Source: a virus. Taken from it: DNA of 64,000 nt. The position numbers and the translations under genes were made by a program. The stretch lies in the IMG/VR virus record IMGVR_UViG_3300045988_090087; one strand, given 5' to 3'. The notes below the pieces were generated by a model. The model saw only the letters and a list, made by a program, of their open reading frames with translations, did not search any database and was not told where the DNA came from. How positions within the stretch are numbered: position 1 is the stretch's first letter; the number at the start of each line of letters is the position of its first letter. Below, in pieces: positions 50,352 through 60,758 of the stretch.

Positions 50352-50963
50352 ATGTTTGATTTAAACATTGATGAAGAAATAACAATTTTAGAAAAATATA
50401 ATATTACTCCTACTGAATTATTTGTTATTAAAGCTATTAATGCTTATATAGAAGATTATTCAGAAGATTATCTTCGTAGGTATTTGGCTATTGATAAAAA
50501 GTATGTAGGAAGTTTTATAGATATACTTAAATCTTTACAAGATAAAAGTCTTATCCTTAAAAGTTATAAAATTATTCCAGGAATGAAATTAGTTCCTGAA
50601 GAGATACCATTTAATAAAAACTTCCTAAAATGTTTAGCTAAGAGTTCCTTTGAAATGGGAAAAGAACTTAGAGAACATTATCCTAGATTTAGAAATATTA
50701 ATGGATGCTTAACTAGTATGCTAGGTGTTTCTAAAAAGTTTAATAGTCTTGAAGATGCTTATAGAACTTATGGAAAGAAAATCCATTGGAATGAAGAACT
50801 TCATAAAAAGATTATTGATTTACTAGATTGGGAAGCTAATACTGATAATGGTATTATTAATTATAGCTTAGCTACATTTATTGTAGATGAAAAATGGGAA
50901 GACCTTGAAGCTTTAAAGAATGGAGATTCAGGTATGAATTATAATTCAATCACCACTCTGTGA
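50352..50963 (+). CDS. Hypothetical protein (replication module)
   Basis: ORF track. Confidence 0.6.
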   Translation: MFDLNIDEEITILEKYNITPTELFVIKAINAYIEDYSEDYLRRYLAIDKKYVGSFIDILKSLQDKSLILKSYKIIPGMKLVPEEIPFNKNFLKCLAKSSFEMGKELREHYPRFRNINGCLTSMLGVSKKFNSLEDAYRTYGKKIHWNEELHKKIIDLLDWEANTDNGIINYSLATFIVDEKWEDLEALKNGDSGMNYNSITTL

Positions 50964-52042
50964 GTTTAGAAAGTTTTAAACGTTCGATAGAGCTTGGTAG
51001 ACAAGGATTTAATCAAGGATTTAGTATGGGTCTTCCTAAATTGGAAGAATTAATAGGAGGTATTACTAAAAGTACCATGACTCTTTTATTTGCGAGTTCA
51101 GGACAAGGTAAAAGTTCATGTGTATTATATTCTTACATATATGCTCCTTTAAAAGAACATTTAGAAGATAATAAATTAAAAATTATTTTCTTTGCTCTTG
51201 AAATGAAAGAAGACTTTATTATAGCTAAATTATTAAGTACCTATTTATATGATACCTATCATATTGTTGTAACTGCTAAACAAATATTATCTATAGGTAA
51301 AGATTATATTTTACCTGATGATTTATATGAGTATGTACAACTAGGATATGATTGGCTAGAAAAAGTATATAAAGTACTAACTATATACGAAGGCTCTTTT
51401 AATTCTGATAAGCTCATAAAAGTTACAATGGAAGAGCTTAAAAAAGAAGGAGAATTTACAGAGAATAAATATATTCCGAAAGACCCTGAAAAAGTAATAC
51501 TTTCAGTAACTGACCATGTTGGATTGATCCAACCATCCAATGGAAGGAACAGAAAAGGAGAAATTGATGATTATACTAATAAATTAGTTATCATTAGAAA
51601 TAAAACAGGATTATCTCCAATTATTGTTATGCAATCCAATAGAGCAGTGGCTAACATGGAAAGAAAAAAGAATGAAGCTTTCATGGAGCCAATGGTGGAG
51701 GATATTAAGGAAACATCCACTGTTTCAGAGAATTCTGAAATTATTTTAGCTGTATATAATCCTCAAGTTGATAAAAGAACAACTTATAGAGGTTACCAAG
51801 TTAAAGAAATGGGTTATAGATTTCGAAGTATTCTTGTACTAAAGTCAAGATATGGAGAAAACCAAGTAGCTGATTGCTGTTTCTTTGACGGAGCAGTAAA
51901 TAAGTGGATGGAAATGCCTAAGCCAGAAGAAATCTTTGATTATTCTAGATATCGAGCTACAAATAACAGTTCAACAGATAATACAATAAAGAATGAAGAT
52001 AAAGATGAAAAAGTGAAAAGTAAATTAGACTATAGTTTATGA
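50960..52042 (+). CDS. DnaB-like replicative helicase (RecA-fold domain)
   Basis: Walker A LLFASSGQGKSS; Walker B-like ILSVTDHVGLI; typical length. Confidence 0.65.
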   Translation: MSLESFKRSIELGRQGFNQGFSMGLPKLEELIGGITKSTMTLLFASSGQGKSSCVLYSYIYAPLKEHLEDNKLKIIFFALEMKEDFIIAKLLSTYLYDTYHIVVTAKQILSIGKDYILPDDLYEYVQLGYDWLEKVYKVLTIYEGSFNSDKLIKVTMEELKKEGEFTENKYIPKDPEKVILSVTDHVGLIQPSNGRNRKGEIDDYTNKLVIIRNKTGLSPIIVMQSNRAVANMERKKNEAFMEPMVEDIKETSTVSENSEIILAVYNPQVDKRTTYRGYQVKEMGYRFRSILVLKSRYGENQVADCCFFDGAVNKWMEMPKPEEIFDYSRYRATNNSSTDNTIKNEDKDEKVKSKLDYSL

Positions 52043-52794
52043 TTATTGGTTTAGCAGGTTTGAGTGGTACCGGAAAAAGCACTTCTTTGCGTTATTTAGA
52101 TTATAAATCAACATTTATCATTAGTTGTACTAACAAGCAACTTCAAATTCCTGGATTTAGACGTAAGTACAAGAAAGCTGAAGTTGTAAATAAGAAGCCA
52201 GTTGGAAATTGGCTTGTGTCTAATGATTATACTACTATTGGTAAGTGGTTAAAGATTATTGATAAATTACGTTCTGATATTAAGACAGTAGTCGTAGATG
52301 ATGCTAACTATTGTCTTTCAAATAATATAATGGATTCTGCCCTTGAAAAAGGTTGGGATAAGCACGTTGTGTTTGCTAAAAATTACTATGATTTAATCAT
52401 GGAAGCTAGTGAACTGCGTGAAGATCTTAATGTAGTATTCATTAGTCATATTATTAATGCTGGTACTGACCTCGATGAACATTGGCAGTTATATTCTAGT
52501 GGTAAAATGTTGGATAGAACTGTAAATATTGATGGTTTATTTTCTTATATTTTATATACTGAACGTCAGGTTGATGATGAGGGCAATATTAGTTATTTCT
52601 TTAGAACCAAAACCAATGGTAACGATACTTGTCGTAGTGTTGATGGATGTTTTAAAGATAAACTGATTGAACCTAATATGCAGAAGGTTTTAGATACTAT
52701 CCATAATTTTGAATATGGTGAGGAAGAAGAAGAAATCGCAGATGACCATAATGAAACCAATAATGATGACAATATTTTAAATGAAGCTAATTAA
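52039..52794 (+). CDS. P-loop NTPase (RecA/Sak4-like)
   Basis: MIIGLAGLSGTGKST...VVVDDANY...VFISH. Confidence 0.55.
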   Translation: MIIGLAGLSGTGKSTSLRYLDYKSTFIISCTNKQLQIPGFRRKYKKAEVVNKKPVGNWLVSNDYTTIGKWLKIIDKLRSDIKTVVVDDANYCLSNNIMDSALEKGWDKHVVFAKNYYDLIMEASELREDLNVVFISHIINAGTDLDEHWQLYSSGKMLDRTVNIDGLFSYILYTERQVDDEGNISYFFRTKTNGNDTCRSVDGCFKDKLIEPNMQKVLDTIHNFEYGEEEEEIADDHNETNNDDNILNEAN

Positions 52795-53386
52795 AATGAC
52801 AATTAAGTCCGAGTGGCTTAATGAAGAAACTGGAGAAATTTTTACTGATACACGTGAATTGAAGGATGATTCTGTAAAGAAGCCATCTACTCGTAAGTCT
52901 TCTTCTAAAAAGAAAGATTCAGAAGTAGATGATACAAATCCTAATCCACTATTAATTCTTGAGGAGAATAAGTATATTCTTAATAAGGCTGCTGTTGAGG
53001 CTCTTGGTGTAGAACCAGGAGATAAGGTAGATATTAAACAGCAGAAACTTAATAAGAAGGAGTGCTTAGTTATCGGAGCTGCTGAAACATTTGGTACGCA
53101 GTCAGGTAATAAATTAACTCAGAAGAATGCAGTCTCATATAGAGGAAAGAATAACCAGAACCTTGCTGAGCATGGTAATGAGTTTACTTTCACTCCACAT
53201 CCTAAAATTGATGGATTGTTTATATTAACAGGTAATCGAGAGCCTGAGATTAAAGAAGATGTAGTTCCTGAAGCAGAGGATATTGCATCAGAAGATGAAT
53301 TAGATGACGAAATGGCTAGTCTTATTGACGGCAACGCAGATGATACAGAAATCTCAGATAATGATTTTAATTTCGATAATCTTTAA
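52781..53386 (+). CDS. Hypothetical acidic protein (alternative ATG at 52796)
   Basis: ORF track. Confidence 0.55.
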   Translation: MKLIKMTIKSEWLNEETGEIFTDTRELKDDSVKKPSTRKSSSKKKDSEVDDTNPNPLLILEENKYILNKAAVEALGVEPGDKVDIKQQKLNKKECLVIGAAETFGTQSGNKLTQKNAVSYRGKNNQNLAEHGNEFTFTPHPKIDGLFILTGNREPEIKEDVVPEAEDIASEDELDDEMASLIDGNADDTEISDNDFNFDNL

Positions 53387-53398
53387 TAATATAGCAAT

Positions 53399-54169
53399 AT
53401 GAATTTAAATTTTGGTGGTCTTGGTGATATTAATCCTACAAGTAAGAAAGGTCTTCGTCCTTATGGAATTTATCTCGTTCAGTTAAAAAGTGTAGAAACT
53501 AAGGAAGGTCAAGGTAAACAAGACCCTAGTACAACTTGGAAATCTCTGGTACTTCATTTTGAAGGAGAACAAGGAACTTATCAAGAATCATTGTTTTATC
53601 CTAATGAAAGTTCTGCTAAAAGATATGAGGGTAAGAGAAAGGATTCTAAGGGTGTAGAATTCCCATATGTACTTCCTTCAGCATTTGAACAGCTTAAAGG
53701 TTTTATGCTGCATATTATAACAGTAGTAGGTGGTGATAAAGCTAAAGAATTGTTTGTAACTAAAGCTCCTACTTGTAAGAGTACTGACCAATTCATGCAG
53801 CTTTTCCAGGCAGTATTGACTAAGTATTGTATGAATAAAAACTTTTATTTAAAGCTTAGCGGTCGTAAGGAAAAGAAAAAGGATGAAAAGGGAATCTCAA
53901 AGGAAACTGGCAATGTATTTGCTAAGATTCCTGATATTGGAGCTATTAATAGTGATGGACAGTTCTATATCCGTGATAATTTTGCTAGCTTAGAGGAAGA
54001 TAAATTGTCATTCTCTAGTTATGAGATTAAGCAGAAAGAGGATATGGAGAAGCGTAAGCCTACTGCTCCCATGCCAGCAGCTGATTCAGAAGAGGCTAAA
54101 TCTATCGACTCTACTGAAGGCAAGGAGGCTCAAGATGAAGACTTCGATGCTATGCTGGCAGATATGTAG
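53399..54169 (+). CDS. Putative single-stranded DNA-binding protein
   Basis: Position in the replication module and an acidic C-terminal tail (EAQDEDFDAMLADM). Stop is TAG-TAA in tandem. Confidence 0.45.
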   Translation: MNLNFGGLGDINPTSKKGLRPYGIYLVQLKSVETKEGQGKQDPSTTWKSLVLHFEGEQGTYQESLFYPNESSAKRYEGKRKDSKGVEFPYVLPSAFEQLKGFMLHIITVVGGDKAKELFVTKAPTCKSTDQFMQLFQAVLTKYCMNKNFYLKLSGRKEKKKDEKGISKETGNVFAKIPDIGAINSDGQFYIRDNFASLEEDKLSFSSYEIKQKEDMEKRKPTAPMPAADSEEAKSIDSTEGKEAQDEDFDAMLADM

Positions 54170-54192
54170 TAATTATAAAGTAAGTAGTTTTT

Positions 54193-55203
54193 ATGGAATT
54201 AGATTTTTCTTATAAACCAGATATTACTAAGGACTGCTTACTTAAATATAACACAGAGGAAGCCTATATGGAGTATTATCTTGGCGTAAAAGTTTCAAAA
54301 AAATTAATTTGTAATCCTTTACGTAAAGATAAAAATCCTACGGCTTCCTTTTTTCGTAACTCTAAAGGAGAACTTATATTCCATGATTTTAATGGGAGCT
54401 TTTATGGAAACTTTATATCAGTAGTTATGACTAAATATGCTTGTAAATACCATCAAGCATTAGACATTATAGCTAAAGATTTTGGCTTATTAAAAGGACA
54501 AAATAATTATCATTCTGTAATACAATCAAGCACTTCTTTTGTTAAAACAAATGAGCCAGCAGATATACGAGTAGAAATAAAAGATTTCTCAGAAGATGAA
54601 TTAAAATGGTGGGGTAAACAAGGAGTTTCTTTAGAATTACTAAATAAATATAAAGTATATTCTTGTCGTACTGTATTTTTAAATGGTAATATTCAAACTA
54701 TAAAGACCAAAGATAACTTTATCTTCGGATATTATGGAGGAACAATGCAAGGTAAAGAATTGTGGAGAATTTATTATCCTAAACGTAAGGAATATAGATT
54801 TCTAACAAATTGGCCCTCTAAAAAGGTTCAAGGTTATAGTCAGTTACCTAAAAAAGGTACTTTATTAGTTATAACTAAAAGTATGAAGGATACTATGTGT
54901 TTAAGAGGTTTAGGTGTAACAGCCTGTGCTCCAAATAGTGAAACACAATGGTTATCTGAAAATATGTTAAATGATCTAAAAGAAAGATTTACTTATATAG
55001 TAACTTTTTATGATAATGATAGACCTGGAATGTTTAATATGGCTAAGATAAGAAGGAATCATCCAGAATTACTTTATTTCTTTATACCTCATAAATTCAA
55101 AGTAAAAGATATAAGTGATTTTTATAAAAAATATGGTCGACAGAATACTTTAAAATTTATAAAGTATTATATAAAAAAAATAAGTAACTATGTCAAAAAG
55201 TAA
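54193..55203 (+). CDS. DNA primase (Toprim type)
   Basis: LLVITKSMKDTMCL...TFYDNDRPG (Toprim DxD motif). Confidence 0.6.
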   Translation: MELDFSYKPDITKDCLLKYNTEEAYMEYYLGVKVSKKLICNPLRKDKNPTASFFRNSKGELIFHDFNGSFYGNFISVVMTKYACKYHQALDIIAKDFGLLKGQNNYHSVIQSSTSFVKTNEPADIRVEIKDFSEDELKWWGKQGVSLELLNKYKVYSCRTVFLNGNIQTIKTKDNFIFGYYGGTMQGKELWRIYYPKRKEYRFLTNWPSKKVQGYSQLPKKGTLLVITKSMKDTMCLRGLGVTACAPNSETQWLSENMLNDLKERFTYIVTFYDNDRPGMFNMAKIRRNHPELLYFFIPHKFKVKDISDFYKKYGRQNTLKFIKYYIKKISNYVKK

Positions 55204-55759
55204 TTAGAATCTGAATACTGCTATTAGAATAACATATAAAAACGGCGATGTGCACGATTATACATCTATAGAGGAATGCTCTGAGAAAACTAAAATAAGT
55301 CAAGCAGCTCTTAAAATTAGATGTAATAAATCTGGAAAAATGGCTGATGGCACTTTATATGAATGGATAGATAGCCATACTAAGAAGAGTTATCAAGCTA
55401 AAAAATCTAGAAATAAAGGAAGTGCATGGGAAGCAGATATAATTCATCATCTTAGAGATATGGGGTATACTGAGTGTGTAAGTGCTAGAGGAGAGAGTAA
55501 GTTTACAGATAATAATAAAGTTGATATAATTGATAGGTCTGGAAAATTACCTATAAATATTCAAGCAAAACATACTGCTAATACTCCAGCATATTTTAAG
55601 ATAGAAAATTCTTGCCCTTATAAGGACAAGTCATTCGTACTATGCTGGAAGAAGGCTCCAACAGAAGGTAGTGTTAGTCCAGGAGCAATAGCAATGATTC
55701 CTATGGATTTCTTTTATACTTTATTAGAATGTTATTCTAAAAGTAATAATTTAATATGA
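55190..55759 (+). CDS. PD-(D/E)XK-type nuclease with N-terminal HTH-like module; in-frame TAG at 55205-55207
   Basis: ATG 55190 (MSKSN-TAG-NLNTAIRITYKNGDVHDY...) is in frame with ORF 55250..55759, which otherwise starts at GTG. VDIIDRSGKLPINIQAKH is a nuclease-core-like motif. Confidence 0.5.
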
Positions 55760-55944
55760 GAGAACTATTAGCCTTAGGAGTAATAGATTTTATAATAAGT
55801 ACAATATTAATTTTACTTAAGATTTTTGGAATATTGTTATGGAGTTGGATAACATTAGCAGTGGTAATATTTTTATCACTCCCAATTACCATAATGATAT
55901 TATTTATTTTTATAATGATAATTATATATAACAATACCAAATGA
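55756..55944 (+). CDS. Small membrane protein
   Basis: Strongly hydrophobic; ATGA overlap. Confidence 0.5.
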   Translation: MRELLALGVIDFIISTILILLKIFGILLWSWITLAVVIFLSLPITIMILFIFIMIIIYNNTK

Positions 55945-56186
55945 ATAATTATATTTTTGCAATTTGTCAGAGTAATAAAAATAAACTTCATAAGTTAACA
56001 GCATCTTCATATGAGGAAGCTGTTGAAAAGGCTAAAGAAGAAGTTGATAAGTACTTAAATTTAGACGATGATACATATGCTATTCTTGATAACAATGATA
56101 GCTGGATAAATATCAGAGCTGAATTGGCTAAGAAAGGTATTGGGGTAACATATATAAGAGATATTGAGGAATTATTTAATCTATGA
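55941..56186 (+). CDS. Hypothetical protein
   Basis: ORF track. Confidence 0.55.
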   Translation: MNNYIFAICQSNKNKLHKLTASSYEEAVEKAKEEVDKYLNLDDDTYAILDNNDSWINIRAELAKKGIGVTYIRDIEELFNL

Positions 56187-56719
56187 AATTAAGAATTGGT
56201 TTAGATTTAGATGATACATTAAATGAGTTTATGAATCCATATTTAAAAAGATTTGGATATCCTAAGTCTGATGGAGAAATAACAAAAAATGTACAACAAG
56301 TTTTAATAAAAGACAGAGAATGGTGGATAAATCTTCCAATAAAAAATAAAATAAACTTTATACCTGAATTATATTGTACTAAAAGAGTATGCAATAAAGA
56401 CTATAGTAAAACATGGCTAAAGAATAATGGTTATCCTAGTAAACCTGTTTATCAAGTCTTGTGCCAGCGTGCTAATAAAGCTCGGTATATAAAAGGTAGA
56501 GTTGATATTTTCATTGATGATTCTATTAGTAATTTTATTCAGATGAATCTAGCAGGATTGCCTTGCTTATTAATAGCTTCTGAATCTAATGAAAAATGGG
56601 GTCCTTATGGTAAGATTTATAGTTTAGATAAAGAAGAGATAGAATATGGGTATGAATGTATAAAAGAGTCGGAAGACTTTAACAATTACTTACGTGAAAT
56701 TAAGTCAAATTTCTATTAA
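56183..56719 (+). CDS. HAD-family 5'(3')-deoxyribonucleotidase-like protein
   Basis: GLDLDDTLNEF (DxDxT motif I)...FIDDS. Confidence 0.6.
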   Translation: MKLRIGLDLDDTLNEFMNPYLKRFGYPKSDGEITKNVQQVLIKDREWWINLPIKNKINFIPELYCTKRVCNKDYSKTWLKNNGYPSKPVYQVLCQRANKARYIKGRVDIFIDDSISNFIQMNLAGLPCLLIASESNEKWGPYGKIYSLDKEEIEYGYECIKESEDFNNYLREIKSNFY

Positions 56720-57740
56720 ACCTCTGATAGAGACTTTAAGAGTTGAAGATATTGATGATAATACTTATTTCTCAGAAAAGTATAATAATTATATCTCAAA
56801 CTCTAGATTATCTAAGATAAATCCAGATCAAGATGGTTCTCCAACAGAGTTCTTTGATAATTGGGGTAAGACTAAGTTAAATACAACTAGCTTGGAATTT
56901 GGTAGTTGGTTGCATACTTTAGTTTTACAACCTGATGACTTCTTTCTAACAGATGTTAACAGACCTACTGCTAAAATGGGAGCAATGGCAGATTATATTT
57001 ATAAGAAAACACAAGGTATCAATGTTACTAATGATATTATATTAGAAGCATCTGATAAGTGTGATTATTATAAAGATAAAATGTCAGATAAAAAAATAGA
57101 AAAAGTGTTAACAGACTGTGCTCAATACTGGTGTGATAGAAAAGCTTTTGAAAAAGAAAATAATGATGCTAGAACACCAATATTTACAGACCCTAAAAAT
57201 CATGCTAAACTGAAAGTCTGTCTAGAGTCTCTAGATAGTGATACACAAATTCAATCTTTACTAAACCCTGAAGGATTACTAGAACAACCAATTATTGGTA
57301 ATGAGATAGCTTTCCTTATAGATGTTTTAGTAGAGGCTCCAGAGCATAAACCTTTTATACTAAAAATTAAGTCTAAACTTGATAATTATAGTATAGATAA
57401 AGAAGAAGGAATAATCACTGTAAATGATTTAAAAACCACAGGAGATTTAATAAATAACTTTGCTAAAGGAGCTCTTATTAAATATCACTATTATAGAGAG
57501 ATGGCTTTATATAGTTGGTTATTAACTATGACTGCTAAGAAGAATTATAACATTGAGAATCCTAAAATTAGAAGTAATTTCTTAGTAGTAGAAACTATTC
57601 CAAATTTTAATACTAAAGTAGTTCCTATGACTAGAGAACTTTTTAATAAAGGATTTAAAGAGTTTACTCACCTTCTTAAATTAGTAGCATTCTATTGTAT
57701 GCATGGTTATGAGGGATTCGGAATTACTCAAGAGACCTGA
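56694..57740 (+). CDS. PD-(D/E)XK exonuclease (RecB/YqaJ-like)
   Basis: VNDLKTTGD...YHYYREMALYSW. Confidence 0.55.
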   Translation: MKLSQISIKPLIETLRVEDIDDNTYFSEKYNNYISNSRLSKINPDQDGSPTEFFDNWGKTKLNTTSLEFGSWLHTLVLQPDDFFLTDVNRPTAKMGAMADYIYKKTQGINVTNDIILEASDKCDYYKDKMSDKKIEKVLTDCAQYWCDRKAFEKENNDARTPIFTDPKNHAKLKVCLESLDSDTQIQSLLNPEGLLEQPIIGNEIAFLIDVLVEAPEHKPFILKIKSKLDNYSIDKEEGIITVNDLKTTGDLINNFAKGALIKYHYYREMALYSWLLTMTAKKNYNIENPKIRSNFLVVETIPNFNTKVVPMTRELFNKGFKEFTHLLKLVAFYCMHGYEGFGITQET

Positions 57741-58062
57741 TTATACTAAACTTTCCGATTTATATCGTAAATACTTTAGTTTAGGGTCTTTAGGGGAAAG
57801 TATAAATTTAAAATTTGCACTTATATCGTTACTTGGATATATGGTAAATTCTATGAAGAAGAAAAAACCTGGAGTTACTTATTATGAAGTAACTGCTAAA
57901 TTAGCAGAAAAAACAGGTCTTGATGAAGATACAATACAAGCTATTGCTATCATCACTGAGGATTTTTCATATGGATGTACCGATTTTCCAACATTTGGCG
58001 TGCAACCAAAAGATATGCCAACAAAAATAAGAGAATTAATGGGAAAATTTCTTCCATTCTAA
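57703..58062 (+). CDS. Hypothetical protein
   Basis: ORF track. Confidence 0.5.
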   Translation: MVMRDSELLKRPDYTKLSDLYRKYFSLGSLGESINLKFALISLLGYMVNSMKKKKPGVTYYEVTAKLAEKTGLDEDTIQAIAIITEDFSYGCTDFPTFGVQPKDMPTKIRELMGKFLPF

Positions 58063-58190
58063 AAAAATTAATTTTTTTATAATTTTCTTTTTGGAGGCAA
58101 AAAATATAGATTATATTAGCATTACAAAGATAAAGAAAAAACATCGCAGATGATTTGATAATAAGAATTAATGTTAATATATTTTTGAAA

Positions 58191-58835
58191 ATGAGTGAAA
58201 TTTTTAATTTTAAGAGTTTTGAAGTAAGTGCAGAAACAAAGGAAGCAGCAGTAGCACAGGTAGAGAAAGAGAATTTTCATATTAATGGTGATGCAACACA
58301 GGCATGGAAGAAGTTCCATGAGAAGAATGCTAAAGTAACTTCTAATGATGAGAAGGAATTTAAGCTGGAGTATTTGAAGAAAAAGACTAAGAATGCTCCT
58401 GGTAGTGGTTTCATTGTAACTCTTTCTAGTGCTGTTGTAAGTACACGTGAGCGTCCTTGGAAGGTTGTTGATATTAAGACTGAGGGTAAGCGTGATACTC
58501 AGAAGAAGTTTGATTTGGTAGACCACGATACAAAGGAAGTGCTGAAGACTTTGAAGTCTGAGCGTGTAAAGAACGAGAAGGCTGGCGAGCCAATTCTTGA
58601 TAAGGATGGTAACGATACTGGTCGTGTTGAACCAGATACAAAGGTTATTCGTCCTACTAAGACCGCAGCTAAGGAAATGGCTAAGGAACTTATTAAGAAG
58701 GGCTTTAAGGGTCAGATCGATATCGTTCAGGGTAAGGAGTCTATTGGCTCTGACCCAGTAGTAGCTACTGTAACTTATACTCCATCTAAGAGTACTAAGA
58801 ATGGTCGCTATATGTTCTTTGGTTTGGAATTTTAA
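58191..58835 (+). CDS. Hypothetical Lys/Glu-rich protein with a GC-richer codon profile
   Basis: ORF track 58155..58835; ATG at 58191; a strong terminator follows. Confidence 0.65.
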   Translation: MSEIFNFKSFEVSAETKEAAVAQVEKENFHINGDATQAWKKFHEKNAKVTSNDEKEFKLEYLKKKTKNAPGSGFIVTLSSAVVSTRERPWKVVDIKTEGKRDTQKKFDLVDHDTKEVLKTLKSERVKNEKAGEPILDKDGNDTGRVEPDTKVIRPTKTAAKEMAKELIKKGFKGQIDIVQGKESIGSDPVVATVTYTPSKSTKNGRYMFFGLEF

Positions 58836-58857
58836 TTTTATTCATAATTTTTAAAGT

Positions 58858-58891
58858 AAGGCAGGTGCTCGCGAGAGTATCTGCCTTTTTT
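58858..58891 (+). terminator. Rho-independent terminator
   Basis: AAGGCAG..CTGCCTT followed by TTTT. Confidence 0.65.
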
Positions 58892-58965
58892 AATTTAGAT
58901 ACCTTTTATTTTACTAGATACTTTTATTTATAAAGGCGTAACAGCTATCTAATTTTTAAAAAAGT

Positions 58966-60492
58966 ATGAAACAAGCAACAAAATCTTCTTATATTAAGTT
59001 CTTTAATGATGCAATTAATAATAATCGTTCTTTAAAAGCTCAGTGTACTATATCAGGAAAAAATATAAATACTGTATATATTACAATGAGAAATCTTAGA
59101 AAGAAAGAAAATAAAGATGAAGATGATAAGAAGATATTGGAATTATATGATAGACTAAAGAATACTAAGAAAAAAGAAGTAAAGAAAGATACGGATGATG
59201 CTTCTAATACTTGGGAAATAAGAGACGAGGAGACTGGTAAAATTACTGGATATAAGTTTGAGATTTTCAGAAGAAATAAGCCCGCAATCACAGGAGTCTT
59301 TACTAGAAACGAAATGAATAGTGTATATAGAATGTATACTTATTACGGTTCTGGTTTAACCCAGCAGATTGTCAGCAGATATTTCCCAGATTATTCTCTT
59401 ATTGACTTTAAAAGAATTTTACGAGCTTTTAATATTACTAAAGCATCCTCTCCATTTGCCCCTCATATGTATGAAGAATATACTGAGGATGAATTAAAAG
59501 AAATGCATCTTAGGGAAAAAGAGAATGATTTCTTAAAAAGAATAGAGAAAGATGAGGTAAAGGATTTAAGAGCTTTAGTTACTAAGTTAACTAAGGAAAC
59601 CTCTAAGTCTTTAAATAGGGAACTTATAGAAGATACTATTAAAAATACAGTAAAGGATTATAAAGAACTTCCAGTAAATATTAATAATAAAGAAGCAAAA
59701 TATCCTGATTTAATTATATGGTTATCTGATTTACATATCGGAGCTTATAATGCTAAATATAGTAGTTTTGTACAGTTACCTTCTTATGATGTTCCAGAAA
59801 TTAAATCTAGATTATCTAGAATTGTGGAATCTTTTGTGGGACAAGAATATCATTCTGTATATGTAGTTAATCTTGGAGATTCTATTGATGGGTTCAATAA
59901 AGAAACTACTAGAGGGGGTCATGAGCTTCCTGAGATTCTTGATAATAAAGAAATTAGTGAAGCATTTATAGAGTGTATGATGGAGTTCTTTGCTACTCTT
60001 ACAGTAAAAGTAAAAAGTAAAGATTTTAATTATCTCTCTATAGGAGAATCTAATCATGGTGGTGATTTTGAATGGTTAAATCAGAAACTTTTAGCTGCAT
60101 ATTTAACTAAATATAATATTAAGAGTTATATTAGTAACTATCCTATTGATAACTTTATCATTGGAGATCATCAGTTCCTATATGCTCATGGTAAAGATAA
60201 TAATTCTCAGACTAGACAATTTCCTCTTACTTTAAATCCTCAGACTGAATTATTCTTTGCTAATTATATAGCAGAAAAAGGTATATGTAGTCCTCATATT
60301 TATGTAGTAAAAGGTGATTTACATAATTATGCTTATACTACTGGTAAACGATTTGATTATATATCAGTAGGTAGTATGTATGGTAGTAGTAATTATATTA
60401 CAGCTAATTTTGGACATACTAAATGGAGTATTAATTATACTATTGTAAAAGATAAAGATATTTTGATGGGAACTATTAAAGGAAATAATTAA
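58966..60492 (+). CDS. Calcineurin-like metallophosphoesterase (Mre11/SbcD-like nuclease)
   Basis: LSDLHIG, NLGDSIDG, GESNHGG, YAHGKD motifs in the canonical order. Confidence 0.65.
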   Translation: MKQATKSSYIKFFNDAINNNRSLKAQCTISGKNINTVYITMRNLRKKENKDEDDKKILELYDRLKNTKKKEVKKDTDDASNTWEIRDEETGKITGYKFEIFRRNKPAITGVFTRNEMNSVYRMYTYYGSGLTQQIVSRYFPDYSLIDFKRILRAFNITKASSPFAPHMYEEYTEDELKEMHLREKENDFLKRIEKDEVKDLRALVTKLTKETSKSLNRELIEDTIKNTVKDYKELPVNINNKEAKYPDLIIWLSDLHIGAYNAKYSSFVQLPSYDVPEIKSRLSRIVESFVGQEYHSVYVVNLGDSIDGFNKETTRGGHELPEILDNKEISEAFIECMMEFFATLTVKVKSKDFNYLSIGESNHGGDFEWLNQKLLAAYLTKYNIKSYISNYPIDNFIIGDHQFLYAHGKDNNSQTRQFPLTLNPQTELFFANYIAEKGICSPHIYVVKGDLHNYAYTTGKRFDYISVGSMYGSSNYITANFGHTKWSINYTIVKDKDILMGTIKGNN

Positions 60493-60758
60493 TGAAGGAC
60501 ATAAGACTTCCAGAAATATCCGATAAATTTATAGATATTTCTGATATAAATGAGAATACTTCGGGTATTATTTTAGCATACAAATGTAATAAACCAGTTG
60601 GATTCATTGGCTATAACAATGAAGATATTACATGGGAATATTTCGATGATATTACTATAGATTGTAGTTTTAAACGTAATGAAAATTTGCTAGCATTACT
60701 AAAAGCTATAATGTCAAATAATTACGCCGATAGTTTTAAATTAATTGATTTTAAATAA
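60492..60758 (+). CDS. Small protein, paralog family member 1
   Basis: GIILAYKCNKPVGFIGY...SFKLIDF resembles 60758..61042. Confidence 0.55.
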   Translation: MKDIRLPEISDKFIDISDINENTSGIILAYKCNKPVGFIGYNNEDITWEYFDDITIDCSFKRNENLLALLKAIMSNNYADSFKLIDFK

